A program made the position numbers and the translations under genes. A stretch of DNA of 64,000 nucleotides from a virus. The stretch spans positions 1 through 64,000 of IMG/VR virus record IMGVR_UViG_3300043409_001427; one strand, given 5' to 3'. Below are positions 18,967 through 31,400 of this stretch, piece after piece; the first letter of the stretch is position 1, and each line of letters begins with the position of its first letter. A model generated the notes under the pieces. The model saw only the letters and a list, made by a program, of their open reading frames with translations, was not told the DNA's origin and made no database searches.

Positions 18967-19847
18967 TACATCCAGATACTGTTTACCTCAACGCATTAAA
19001 AGATATTGTAAATCACGGAAATGATCGGCCGGATCGCACAGGTATAGGTACCCGTAGTATATTTGGTCTTCAAATGAGATTTAATCTTAGTGACGGTTTT
19101 CCTGCAATCACTACTAAAAAGTTAGCATGGAAGGCTGTAGTTAGTGAACTCCTTTGGTTTATTGAAGGCAGTGGAGACGAATTTCGTTTGAGAGAAATAC
19201 TGCACGGAGAGCGATATTCAGAAAAAAGAACTATCTGGACCGACAATGCCGAAGCAGACTATTGGGTCAAGCGGCGAAAACAGCGGCATCCGGGAGACCT
19301 TGGGCGTGTATATGGTGTACAATGGCGCAGGTGGCGTAAACCACTTATTCGAATTAACAAAGTTGTTCTACAAAATCACGATCAACTACTTGAATTAATT
19401 GACAGCATTAAAACTGATCCATACAGCCGTAGACATATCATTACCGCATGGAATCCCGGCGAACTTGATTTAATGGCATTACCACCTTGTCATATGATGG
19501 CACAATTTTATGTCGAGAACGGTAAACTGAGTTGCCAAATGTATCAGCGTAGTGCAGATATGTTCCTTGGCGTACCATTTAACATCGCGTCATACGCATT
19601 GTTTACTCATATGATTGCACAGGTGTGTAACCTAGGAGTAGGTGACCTAATTATTACAGTTGGGGATGCACACATTTACCAAAATCACTTTGATCAAGTA
19701 GCAGAGCAACTTACTAGAGAGCCGTTGCCGCTAGCAACATTAAAATTAAATCAAGATATTTCTGTTATTACTGAATTTGGCATGGAAGATGTTGAGCTAG
19801 AAGGCTATACTAGCCACGAAGCCATTAAGGCTCCGATGGCTCGTTAA
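18963..19847 (+). CDS. thyA: thymidylate synthase ThyA
   Basis: DRTGIGT, DLGRVYG, SRR, MALPPCH, YQRSADMFLGVPFN, DAHIY; uninterrupted. Confidence 0.97.
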   Translation: MIHPDTVYLNALKDIVNHGNDRPDRTGIGTRSIFGLQMRFNLSDGFPAITTKKLAWKAVVSELLWFIEGSGDEFRLREILHGERYSEKRTIWTDNAEADYWVKRRKQRHPGDLGRVYGVQWRRWRKPLIRINKVVLQNHDQLLELIDSIKTDPYSRRHIITAWNPGELDLMALPPCHMMAQFYVENGKLSCQMYQRSADMFLGVPFNIASYALFTHMIAQVCNLGVGDLIITVGDAHIYQNHFDQVAEQLTREPLPLATLKLNQDISVITEFGMEDVELEGYTSHEAIKAPMAR

Positions 19848-21043
19848 ACTTTAACTTCAATGATACCTTCGGGCCCTGGGAAATTTTCCAGGGCTTTTCC
19901 TATTACGGCATCTGAAGAATCATTATCCAATTTGGATGTAGCGTATCCCCTTTTCATCCCACTAGCAACTAGTAGATCGCCCTTTTTAATAGGACCTGTA
20001 ATCTTGCAAGGAACTCGACCTTTTAAGGCAATATAGGGGTGAGTTTCGTCGGATCCTGCTTCGGAATTCATCATATACGCCGGGTTTTTAGACACTATAC
20101 CTGCGACTGCTGTCGTAGCATGTACCTTAGCAATAGTAACTTCTTTTTCGCCGCCTAGCATTAAAACAGTTCCAGCTTCGTATACTGCATCTGCTTCGTA
20201 TCTTTCAGCAATATCTGCATACAAGGCGGCTGACGCAGTAACTTGAAGGATATCTGTTGTAGAATCATAACTTACCGCAGACCTAGTCACTAAATTCTGT
20301 GTTCCAGATACTGAAGTTGAAAATATCAAATAGTGTGTTCCGGTAGTAGTAGATTCTGTAACATCAACCTTTTGTGTTTTTAAAGAATCGGAGGCCGTTC
20401 CCCAAAATAGATAACCTGTGGATGTGCTAGTAGCTGATCGCCCAGTGATTGCATTTGCACCTGTTAAATTAACACCTTTCTTAATAACTGGAAATGCGCT
20501 GGTTAATCCAGTAGTAGAACTTGGTATGTAATTATTATTAGAAATTTCAATTACAGGAGTAGTTAATATTAGACCTCGGATAGCAGGTCGATCAACTTCG
20601 GTGTTATCTGGTATTCTAGAAAAATCCCAAGAACTACTTGCGCCACCGTATGGTTGATTGGAATTCCATGTATTAGTACTTGCGTCATATACTTTTATTT
20701 GTTGATTATAAGAATCCCACCATAAGTCACCTGTGTTTGCACCAGTTGGAGCAGTTACACTATATGGAATATTAGCTAAGTCTCTAAAACTGGTACCATC
20801 ATAGGAAACTAATAGTCTACGAGACGACGGAGTGGAGTTAAACCACAACTGTCCTTGTACTGGTTTCTTTGGAGCAGTAGTATTGGCAAAGTTTTCTAAC
20901 AACTTAACTAGGTTTTGTTCTACCGGTTGCCCGTATCCCGAATAATTTCTTCCAACAAATGTTAAACTTGTTGAATTATCGACTGTAGCATCTTGAACTG
21001 TTGCTAAAGTCTCCCCATTTGTTTTCTTTAAAATATATGGCAT
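19844..21043 (-). CDS. tail fibre/baseplate structural protein with C-terminal autoproteolytic chaperone-like domain
   Basis: N-terminal LLENFAN..P..P..GQLW repeat; C-terminal YADIAERY...GRVPCK. Confidence 0.7.
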   Translation of the reverse strand: MPYILKKTNGETLATVQDATVDNSTSLTFVGRNYSGYGQPVEQNLVKLLENFANTTAPKKPVQGQLWFNSTPSSRRLLVSYDGTSFRDLANIPYSVTAPTGANTGDLWWDSYNQQIKVYDASTNTWNSNQPYGGASSSWDFSRIPDNTEVDRPAIRGLILTTPVIEISNNNYIPSSTTGLTSAFPVIKKGVNLTGANAITGRSATSTSTGYLFWGTASDSLKTQKVDVTESTTTGTHYLIFSTSVSGTQNLVTRSAVSYDSTTDILQVTASAALYADIAERYEADAVYEAGTVLMLGGEKEVTIAKVHATTAVAGIVSKNPAYMMNSEAGSDETHPYIALKGRVPCKITGPIKKGDLLVASGMKRGYATSKLDNDSSDAVIGKALENFPGPEGIIEVKV

Positions 21044-21055
21044 GATCTTTTCTTC

Positions 21056-21844
21056 TTATAAGGCAGCTATAGCGTTTTTAAAATCAGTAAAACTCGTGCA
21101 AGTTGATATAATCGTTTTTAAATTTTCAATACTTATGCTTGCACCTGTTTGAATAGATTCATCTGGAAATGATAAAGAACTGACTGTCACTGTATTAAGT
21201 TCACTTATTCCAGTTATTCTGATGCCCCCTATTATTGTTAGTCCGTCAACAATCTTAAATTCAGCATCGTTTGCCCTAGAGAAATATGATGTAGCATCTC
21301 CGCCACTAACAATAAATGTAGCAGTAGATATCGCTCCAATTACATCTCCGTGATTCTTTAACAAAGTAACCTGTTGTGTTTCGGCATCCGTAGCATCGTC
21401 AAACACCGGTACAGGAGGATATGACCAACCACTTATAACATTCCTAGGAAAATGTGTTATGGATTGGTACTGTCCACTTGCATCTAAAAAGTTTAATGTG
21501 CTTCTAAGTGTATCGTACCAAAGTTCGCCTGCAATCTGTCCAGTTGGAGAACTATCTTTAATAATAACCGGATTGACTAATTTAAATCCGGTGTCATGAT
21601 CATAGACTTTTAACTTATTGTAAGTAGTATCATACCATAATTGTCCAGGCAGTGGATGTTCTGGTGGAAGTGCTGATACATTGGCAAAATTTGTCAACAT
21701 ATCAATTAAATTTTGATTGTAATATTTTCCATAATTAAGCACATCTCTACCGACCAATGTAATGCTGGAGGTAGAAGTGTTAATTTTTCCCGAAGGGACT
21801 GTTGTTAATACTGTTCCGCTAGTGTTATAAATGATATATGACAT
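21056..21844 (-). CDS. structural protein, paralog of the N-terminus of the previous gene
   Basis: Shared MxYI...TSxTxVGR...NFAN...GQLW architecture. Confidence 0.7.
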   Translation of the reverse strand: MSYIIYNTSGTVLTTVPSGKINTSTSSITLVGRDVLNYGKYYNQNLIDMLTNFANVSALPPEHPLPGQLWYDTTYNKLKVYDHDTGFKLVNPVIIKDSSPTGQIAGELWYDTLRSTLNFLDASGQYQSITHFPRNVISGWSYPPVPVFDDATDAETQQVTLLKNHGDVIGAISTATFIVSGGDATSYFSRANDAEFKIVDGLTIIGGIRITGISELNTVTVSSLSFPDESIQTGASISIENLKTIISTCTSFTDFKNAIAAL

Positions 21845-21856
21845 TTACTATACCCC

Positions 21857-22489
21857 TTAACTCGTTAAACTCTGTATGCGAACAGTGTAGTCTATCTGTA
21901 TTAGTCTGTTTAGTGATTTTTGGACGGGATGAAAAATTACATGGGTAAGCAATACTCCCGATCCAGGACCACTTGCACCATATGATCGCAGGCCTAATTC
22001 ATCAAACACAAATGTTCCTTCGGAGGTCGTTGCATTGTCAAACGCCTGTTGCCCTTCGGGCTCGCCAAAATCTAACAAACAGCTAACTAGAATATCTGAA
22101 TACGGGGCTCCGGCAACATGTCTTACTTCCATGAAATTGCGCCTAGGATCTAAATCATATGGGCTCGATGCATCAATGTTTTTTATGTAGGTTTGATTAT
22201 ATAAACTTGATGATGAATCAAGTGTATTTGGGGTCAAATAAGTTATAATTCCAGTATCATCAACTCGGGTACCGCCATTACCAAAACACATTTCTCCGAT
22301 AAATCTTCCTTGATTGCTCATAGCATGAGCCATTGCTATGCTAAAATTCTCATAATGTATAGCATTAGGTTTATCAATTAAAATCTCGTCCGTTAACGGA
22401 TCAAATATTTTGATATGCCCCTGTATGCTAAAAGCACCTTGATCTTTATGCTGTGTATTGTCACTTCTGTTCATTTTAATATTTCCCAT
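21857..22489 (-). CDS. putative baseplate structural protein
   Basis: NAIHYEN, FDELGL, HPVQKSLNR, DYTVRI; located in the baseplate operon. Confidence 0.6.
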   Translation of the reverse strand: MGNIKMNRSDNTQHKDQGAFSIQGHIKIFDPLTDEILIDKPNAIHYENFSIAMAHAMSNQGRFIGEMCFGNGGTRVDDTGIITYLTPNTLDSSSSLYNQTYIKNIDASSPYDLDPRRNFMEVRHVAGAPYSDILVSCLLDFGEPEGQQAFDNATTSEGTFVFDELGLRSYGASGPGSGVLLTHVIFHPVQKSLNRLIQIDYTVRIQSLTS

Positions 22490-22497
22490 ATCGGTAT

Positions 22498-25400
22498 TTA
22501 TGCCATCTTAATCGGAGCATTTGGCAACTCGGCTGGTCTTTCTTTTAAGAAAGTTGCTATTGTAGATGTACTATCTAGTAAAGGTACAGTCTCAAACAGA
22601 GAAATCTTGTCATTCCACTCATCAGTTACAGCAAATTCTTTCTTAATAATGGTCAACTGTACATCGTCTGCAACATTAAGCACCTCATTATTTAACATTA
22701 TTGATTGCCCTGCTACATTGATTGAAAATTCCTCTGGTAAGAATTTTGTTCCAGAATATACCCAGCCCGGAGTTGCACCAGGTTCGGATCTAGTTCCAAC
22801 AAAGGTCCAAATTTCATTGTTAGAAGTTAATCTGCAAGAAGCTCCAATACTTACTCCTGTTGGTAATAATGAGGAATTTGTCCTATTTCCTAAAAGATGA
22901 TTTACTGGTACGCTATCATAAGAAACTGCCGGATCATGTAAGTATATCCCGGCTTTTCTTAATAGCCTACCGCCATAATATACATCAACTTGATCTTTTC
23001 CATTAATATTAGATGTTAGGTGATGCGATTCTAACATAGCTAGTGGATCGGAAGATACCGATAAAGTAATTCCGTCAGATCTAACAAGATCGTCCGTTCC
23101 AGGATAATATACTAATTCTGTAGATGTACTAATACCATATGTGTATGTTGACGAACTAGTAAATGTATTTTGGATATATGTATTTTCAATTGATTCAATT
23201 TCTTGCCAATGCCCTTGATCAACCACCGAAGTACCGGCAGGATAAAGATTTGCCGGGCCCGTACCCAATGTTCCTCTTCTAAATGCTGTTATTGTAGTGC
23301 TGGTATAATCAGTAAATTCAATACGCTCGCCATTGATGTAAATAATTCCCGGAATATTTTCTTCTTCAATTGGGGGACTTAACACGGATGTGTCTCCAAC
23401 ATAGATAACATCGTCATCTACTGCCAAATTTCTAGTTAGGTAAGTTGAGTTTTCAGCACTCAACCTAGTAAATGTAATTCCGCCCAACATATCATTAAAG
23501 ATTCTATATCCAATTAACTCAGCTGGTACATCTTGACTGATAAAGCTAATAATTTCTACAAAATCACTAGGATCAATCACCCAACTATCACTTATTTCAA
23601 CAGTCTTGTTATCTTCTAAGACAGTAAAGTCATAACTATTAATCAACGGATAACTTTGTAATGGTAATCCGTCGCCTAAACTCTTAAACAATGTAACCCA
23701 AACATATCTATCATCAATTACCGGACGAGACATTTGGAATCGTCTATTTGGATCGCCATTAAATTTTTCAGTATGCATTAATAGGCCGTCGTGATTAGTA
23801 TATGTAATAACCCGAATGGATGCAGATTCTATCATATCAGAATTTGGAACTTGCGCTCCGGGTGCAATGAACAACTCAGTCCCATCTACTCGATAATCAT
23901 AAGCATAATCTGTTAATGTGTTTGCAACTCCAACTACATCCGGTAATAATGTTTCAATAGCAACTGTATCGCCTACATAAGTTGTAGTATTAACTGTTAC
24001 AACACCTAAAGAATATGCAAATGGTACTATCTCGCCGTTGTTGTAAACAACTATCGTTGTCTCTGATAGATACTCTGTAAATATATTTGTCAACGACACA
24101 TTAAATGTAGCACCGGTTGATGTGGTTTCAATCGTATAATAATCAGTTTCTGGTGCTAGCAATCTCCTTGTTCCAATACTATCTGTAATTTCTACAATAG
24201 TTTGAGCAGACTGGGGACCAGATATACCCGGAGGATACATTAAAGTTAATGGATAGTTAGTAGAAGTGCTATCAATTATAAATGTCTGCTCTCTAATTTC
24301 GTTAAAGTAATCATGTGATTCATCAAAGAACCAAGCCTGAACTACATGATTATCACTTACAGGAAGATTATAAAGATTTATTATACACTTTCCAGTTGAT
24401 GTGGTTTGAGATAACATGTAACCGTATTCACTAGAAGATACTACCTCTTCAAGATTGATCCCGTTGACTGTAACATACGAATCAACAATCATATTAAAAT
24501 CAACTACAGTCTCAACTATTAAGTTTGTTTCAGTCCCCGCAAAATAAATGTGCTTATCAATTATTCCCCAAGTTTCTGCATCGCCGCTGCCGCCGCCAAT
24601 TCCAACAATAGTGTATCCTAGTTCACCTAAAGATGATTGTGCAGGAATTGTTAAAGTAGCAGTATCCCAATCTAAATTATAATAGGGTTCATCATATCCT
24701 AATTCGTTAGTGGTGTATGCTAATTCAACTCCGTTGCATATAACACTGATTGCGGCAATGGTAGAAGGTAATCGACTTAACACATACGAAGTAGTGTCTA
24801 CTGACACAACTGTATCAAACTTGGCACTATATATTATTGCTGGTCCAGAACTGCCCCTAGTGAAAACATTTATTCCTAAACTATCTACTACTAGTCCGGG
24901 AACATTTTCTTCGGGGGCATATCCTGCTTCAGCTGTTAAAAATCCGGATTGGCCGTCAATTATAATATCGTTTGGAGCAACCCCTAGAGCTGAATTAAGA
25001 ACACCGTCTTGCCAATCACCGCCCTGTACAATGGAATCAAGATAGATTCCGCCTCGTGGATCGTAAAATGTTTGTCCGCCAACGACTGTTCCTGGATAAT
25101 CAACTCCGTACATTAGTTGACCCAAATCTAATCCTACCATACCACTAGTTGCAGTATAATAACTTAATAATCGATCAGATGCACTTATCAAATCTGCACT
25201 CTTTTCATATGAAATAGTAATTACAGATCCATTTGCAATTGGTTCTTCATCAAAGAAGACAAGATTAGCATATTTTTTATGATACCCATTATATAAGTCT
25301 GTAAAATATCTTATTGTAAATTCACTAGATAGATATAGTCGCCCATCAACCCTAACAGTGATAGAACTCTTATTAGCATTAGGTACCCAGTTTAATAAAA

Positions 25401-28400
25401 ATTCTGTTGCTACGCCATTGGCGATAAACATATCAGAAGTTCCAAATTCTCCGGACTCGCTCATTGAGGTAATTCTATCAAATTTCATAGTTACAGAGGT
25501 TGTTCGATCTTGCTCAACTACTTCAGTGTTACTTTTTTCAGTAACTGAATATTTGTTAGTAAATTCTCGTATCTGCGTATGGTACGGTTTTACTTCGTTA
25601 ATATAGCTTTCATAGAATGCACTATCTTGTAGCTTATAAACCGGAGGTTGTGTAAGGTCTCCAGCAGTATTGATTACACTAATGAACGAAGTTTTGAACG
25701 CCCAGTCTAACATCTTCTGCTCAGTTAATGCATATCTAACAGCGGTAAAGAATAATAAATTCCATTTAGATTTTAATTCATTGATAAAGATATCATTTTT
25801 AAGAGCTGTAAATATGTAACGGATCTCAGTATCGGGAGTTTGATCCCATAAAGTCTCATCATAGGTGTTGAGATAATCCCAACCTAACCCACTATTCTTA
25901 ACATCCCAAATACTACTATTAATTTGTATAGTACCATTTTGTTTAAAAACGATATCATACTCGGGACCATATGTGCCCCTTACACCATTCTCTAATTTGT
26001 TAAGAACAATATAATTTCCGTCGCCACCGTTATTAACTTTAACATACTCGTTAGGTCTCAAACTTATTTCAGAAAGTTCGTACGGGCTTCCGACTACCGC
26101 AGAATAAATTTGATATGACTTATAATCTGTACTAGTCCAATCGATGTAATCCCAATATAAAGTAGTGTTAAATGATTGTGTATGGGCTCGAACCCATGTT
26201 AGTTCTACATAGTCCCACTCGTATCTTGTCCATTTTCCATTATATGTATCGTCACTTTGTACAAATACAGTATGAGGGCGAGTCTTAAATGTAAAACCTG
26301 AGGCAAAATTCTTACCGCCAGTTATCACAGATGCATGTATGAATTGACCCTGGGCATCAACCATTGTTTGTATTCTTAATCCCGATCCATAAGAATTAAT
26401 AGTGCTATCTTTAAAACTTGTTAGTTGGCTATCAAATGTTGTGGATCCGTTATCAAACACGGTGTCGTTTGATATTTCAGTTAAGACCGGACCTTCATAC
26501 CCGATAACAGTCCCGGTAATATCTTTAATTGGATTTTCTGTACCGTAGCCAAAACCAGGTTCTGCAATAGTAACGCTCGCAACAGATCCGTTTTCATCTA
26601 CTATGCAATTTATAGACCCTCGTTCAAACCCTGCTGTAGAAATAATTTCTAATGCACTGTTATCTTCAACTAAATGATCGTACTCATTTAAATGTTTATT
26701 TGGTATTTCTTCTTGAGCATTTAGATTTTTGAAACTATAATTGTTTGTTATTGGTACGGTTAATAGTACATTATTTGAAAATTCAACTAAGTTTCTAAGG
26801 GCCTCCATCCGATCTTTAAATAATGTTTGTTGTGGTCTAACTCCCAATCCATATCGTACACGATCTGATAATTCAGGATTTGGAACTAAGTTGCCCAACT
26901 CGTCGTGCCCTAATAAACTATCTAGTAGTTTCTTTTCAAAGATAGCAGGTGGCATGTCTTCGTCACTATCTTCCTTTAACAATATCCATTGAGTATGTCT
27001 TGGAGTGGTAGTTATTTCTAGATCTTTTGCAATGTTAATACTAATCTTTGAATCAACTGGTACATTACCAAGATTACTTAACATTATTGCATCTTTATCT
27101 ATTATTGAAATAAACCGTAATCCGTATGCGGTTGGGTCAGCAATAGCACTAGCAACTGCATAGGCGCTTATTCGTCGATCTTTTCTATCAGGAACTAATA
27201 CTTTATTTTTTACCCAATAATAGTATACATTAGAATAGCTATTTGTTACCGAATCATAAACTTGCTTGACAGAAATTACACTATTATCTGGAAATTTAGG
27301 TTGCCCGCTAATTCCCTGAGAAAGCCCAGAGGAGGTATCTGATTGACTTGCCCATTCGCTAGGCAGCAATGTAGACCTTACCCATTCATAGATATCAATG
27401 GTGGCTCCTGGAAATAGTTTACCCCAATTATTTTTACGGTATTCAAGGTCTCCTTGTTCATACCAAATATACTTGGCGGTGCTTAAATCCCACCATAGCT
27501 TTCCAACATACTCATCGAGCCAATTCTTTTCTGTATCATTGTTAGTTCCTGCAACACCGATACTGTAAATTGCAGGATCACTCACTAGCTTAAACGAAAG
27601 TTCTTGTTCTGCTATCCCAGGAACTTTACCCTTCAGTGGATCATATATGTCAAGATATTCAATGATCTGCTCTTCTTCAGTATTAATTAATGCTATGCGT
27701 TTTAAATAAGTTGTGTCTACAAAATCATCCTGAGTTACAATCTTATCCCAAGGATACTTTTCAGAACTTGTTCTTTCAAATTTTAAGAAACCGCTATCAG
27801 CATTTGAATTATCTAGCGCAGGAAATCCTACACAGATCATAGTATCGTCGACGGTCAAGCTACTTCCGTAGTTAGTACCCGGAGTTGAATATATGTAAGC
27901 GTCAGATAACTCTTGTCCATACACAAATCTAGAATCACTTCGTTGATAAAGATAAACAGAACCGCTGCCTGTTTCAGTTCCTTTAATTTTAGTAATGCCG
28001 CCGTCAAAAGTCATTAAGCTATTATCAAAAGTAGTTGGCAGGGTATGTTGTATACCAGTAGCAGAAATTGCCAACATATCTGTTGATTCAGTAACATCAA
28101 TTACAATACCAAACTCCATGCCTTCACCGATTACAGGATTTGTGATAGTTTGATCAAGAACAAATGTTCCGTTAGAATTTTTATAAACAAATACCTTGCC
28201 CAATGAGTAATCGTCGTTAACTTCTGTTGGGGATGAAACAAACAGATACTCCCCCAGCGGACTCATTGATAGTGCGGTTCCAAACTTAGAGTCAGATCCA
28301 GTAAGGGTTAATATTTTTGTTAGAGACTTGTTATAAATCTCAACGGTGCCTGCTAATCCAACAGCAATAAAAGAAGCGTTGTCTGTACCTGCAATAGCGT

Positions 28401-31400
28401 TAACCGTTTTTTCGGTAATCAGCGGCGTTCCTGAGGATATAGTAATTGTACCTGCATTATCCGATACTGTATACGAATAGACAGCATTTTCTGCACCCAC
28501 TAATACAAGTTTTGTAGTTGCGTTCCTTTCAACAAATATGCTAGAACCAAATTTAGTTACAGAATCTGTATTAGGACTATTAATATACGCAGTAGTTTTT
28601 ACAATTAATGATCTTGAATCTATTGCGTCAATTTGTACAATCCCCTGATTAGAGAATGCAAGTGGTGCTCCGGCAAAGATTGTGCCATAATTGGATCCTG
28701 TAAATGGAATATCATCATAAACAATAACAGATCCAAACCCAGACGGTTGGTTAAGATAGTCGGCACCAAATCTATATTTTACTAACGGCCCAAAGGTTCC
28801 ATTACTGTCAGTGTCATACACCCAAATATTTCCATATTGAGCTCCTCTATAATTATCAGGAGATCCGACAACGACTATATTACTGCCCTTTCGTTGACTA
28901 ATTGCAGAGCCTAGGTGAGGCTCTGCAGGAATACCCAATTCAACATACGATGTAGAAGAATAATTGTTTATTTTTTCATACACTTCCCAAGATCCAGAAT
29001 TGTCAATCCAATATTTTGTTCCGGCTGGCAGTCTGTATAACTCTTGGTCAGACGGTAAGTTATCAAAACTAGATAATCTTGCACTGGCAAATACATACAA
29101 CTGCCCTGGTGATAGTAACTCAGCATCTCGAATATTTGCTAGTGAACTTGCAACTGTGAAACGATTGGCGGAAGGTATTGCTATTACTGTGTGAATACCA
29201 TTCACTTGTTCGTTAAATTGGCTAACTCCAATAATCTGTCCAACTGATAAGTTGTGAGGATATTGAGAAGTAAATGTTATCGACTTAGCTGGTTCTGCAA
29301 CAAATACACCAATCAGCAATGCAGGGTTATATGTGTACCTAAGTACATCCCAAGATCCATCTTTCTTAAATCCTACCCATACTGTATTACCATCCTTTAA
29401 TTGGTTGCTGTTAGCAATGTCCAACAAGCTGTCTTCATTGTACGCAGTCGCAGTAACATCAACTGACCTTACATACCCCGAATGTTGTAACAATAATATA
29501 TCTTCAGTTGAAGTGGTATTAAATGTGTTTGCAGGATTGTAATTAGGAGGACTAATCGTTAAATTAGATGATAATGTATAATGAATTAAATCGTTTGCCG
29601 AAGCTGCCGGAACTTCCGAAACAAATTTAATAATTTGTGGATTTTCTAAAAAGGTTCCTTCAATCAACGGAGTTTCTATTTCTTGGTAAGTAGGAAAGGA
29701 CCCAAAATTTCCAACTCTAAAGGCCCATTCTTCATTGTAAGAAATGTTACCCCTTAATACAGATGAACTAGCCTTGGCTAATTTAGAAATTGCATTTTGA
29801 GTTCCTTTTTCTCTAATAAACCCTTGATAAAATTTGTACTGAGATATAGTGTTAGGAAAAATATTATTTAGATAAACTCGAGGTGTATAGCCAGTAAGGT
29901 GTTGGCTCAGCCGTTGTTGCCCTTCATCAAAGTTATCAGAATCTAAACTGTAGAAATCTTCAAACTGGCTTATCTTATAATCAAAGTTTGGCAACAGAGC
30001 AGGCTCTGGTTTCTTATCTAGTACGGCCCATTGATTAAAATCAAAAGAAGATCGTCGTTCAATGTTTCTTATAGCAGAATAATATTTTCCATTAAATCGA
30101 ACCGTCGTTCCGGCAGTGTAGGGTGTGTTAGGAACCCAATCAACTATTTCGGCGGTATCGTAAACAAATCCGGGACTAAAATAATCCCCGTTCCAATTTG
30201 CGGTTCTAAAGCCCACAAGTTTAATACGGCGTTGACGGCTTCCGGTTTCTAATTTATAAATTACATCATTAAAAATAGTGTTATTATCAAAAATAATTAC
30301 ATGTTCTTTCTGGACTAAATTTAATTGAATAAAATATATGCCGTCTGAATTAGGAGCGGTAGCGATTGTACAGGTCCCGTCATCTCTTGAAATATTTAAA
30401 TCAGTTTTTAGAAATACAGACTTGTCTGCTCGTAACACTTCATAAGACTGAAACAAATTGTCAACAACTGCATTTGAACTCTTATAAACTACTTTATCAG
30501 AAAATGGACTTAATGTAATAATACTCCCAGTGGCCCATGGTTGTGTAGACCAAAATAGGAACTCTTTGGCACTAAGATTCCAATCTAGAACTGAATCAAG
30601 ATCTATATTATACTCAGAAAAAACAAATCCCCTGCTTTCAAGCCATCGACCATACCCAATAATAACATCGTAGATTTCCTGGATGCTAGAAAATGTGGTT
30701 CCGTACTCAATAGGAGTTACTGTAGATTCAAATGCCACTGCAACTTGCACAGAGGCGCCACCCTCAGTGGGCAGTCTTGGTACCTTTTGAAAATACTCAA
30801 CATTAAACACATTGCCTGCTCGGTGTCCAACTTTGGTTACATAAAAATCACTACCGTATTGTACATACTGACCTGTTTTATAAAAGTTGCCAACCGGAGC
30901 AGACGATGCTGAAGTTGTATCGACAGAATTTAATCCGGTAGCACTAGCTGTTCTCGACGGCGCCCATACTACATAAGACACTGTCTCGCCGCCTACTGTG
31001 ATAAATGTAGTTCCAAGATTTCTTATAGGTTTAAATATATTAAAATACCCCGATCTATCATATCCGGAAATATTATAACCACTCCGCGTTCTCTCAATGA
31101 TCATCCCGGAAGCAGTAACTGATAATATAGGATTTCCTACATTTAATCGCAATTTATAATTTTGAGACGGTAATATAGAACCAGGAGAAGTACTTGTTGG
31201 TGCGTAGGCATCAACAATTATTTGCAATGTATCTTTATCAGCAAACCCATTTAACTTGTAAATTAAATTATAACTTGCATAAGTTAGATCTTGCCTTAAA
31301 TTTTTAATATAATCTTTATCTTCTTGCATTCCTATTTCAGAAAGGAATACACTATACCCGCTAGTCTGAGTTTTATTTTCGTTGTGAATAAACATCTCTG

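Noticed and set aside
420-19847. Introns or inteins in polB, thyA or other usual hosts
   Set aside because: Reading frames are continuous and of normal length, with no splicing motifs
18963-19847. dCMP/dUMP hydroxymethylase supplying the glycosyltransferase
   Set aside because: Has the canonical ThyA PFN Asn and PPCH motifs and is paired with DHFR; looks like an ordinary thymidylate synthase
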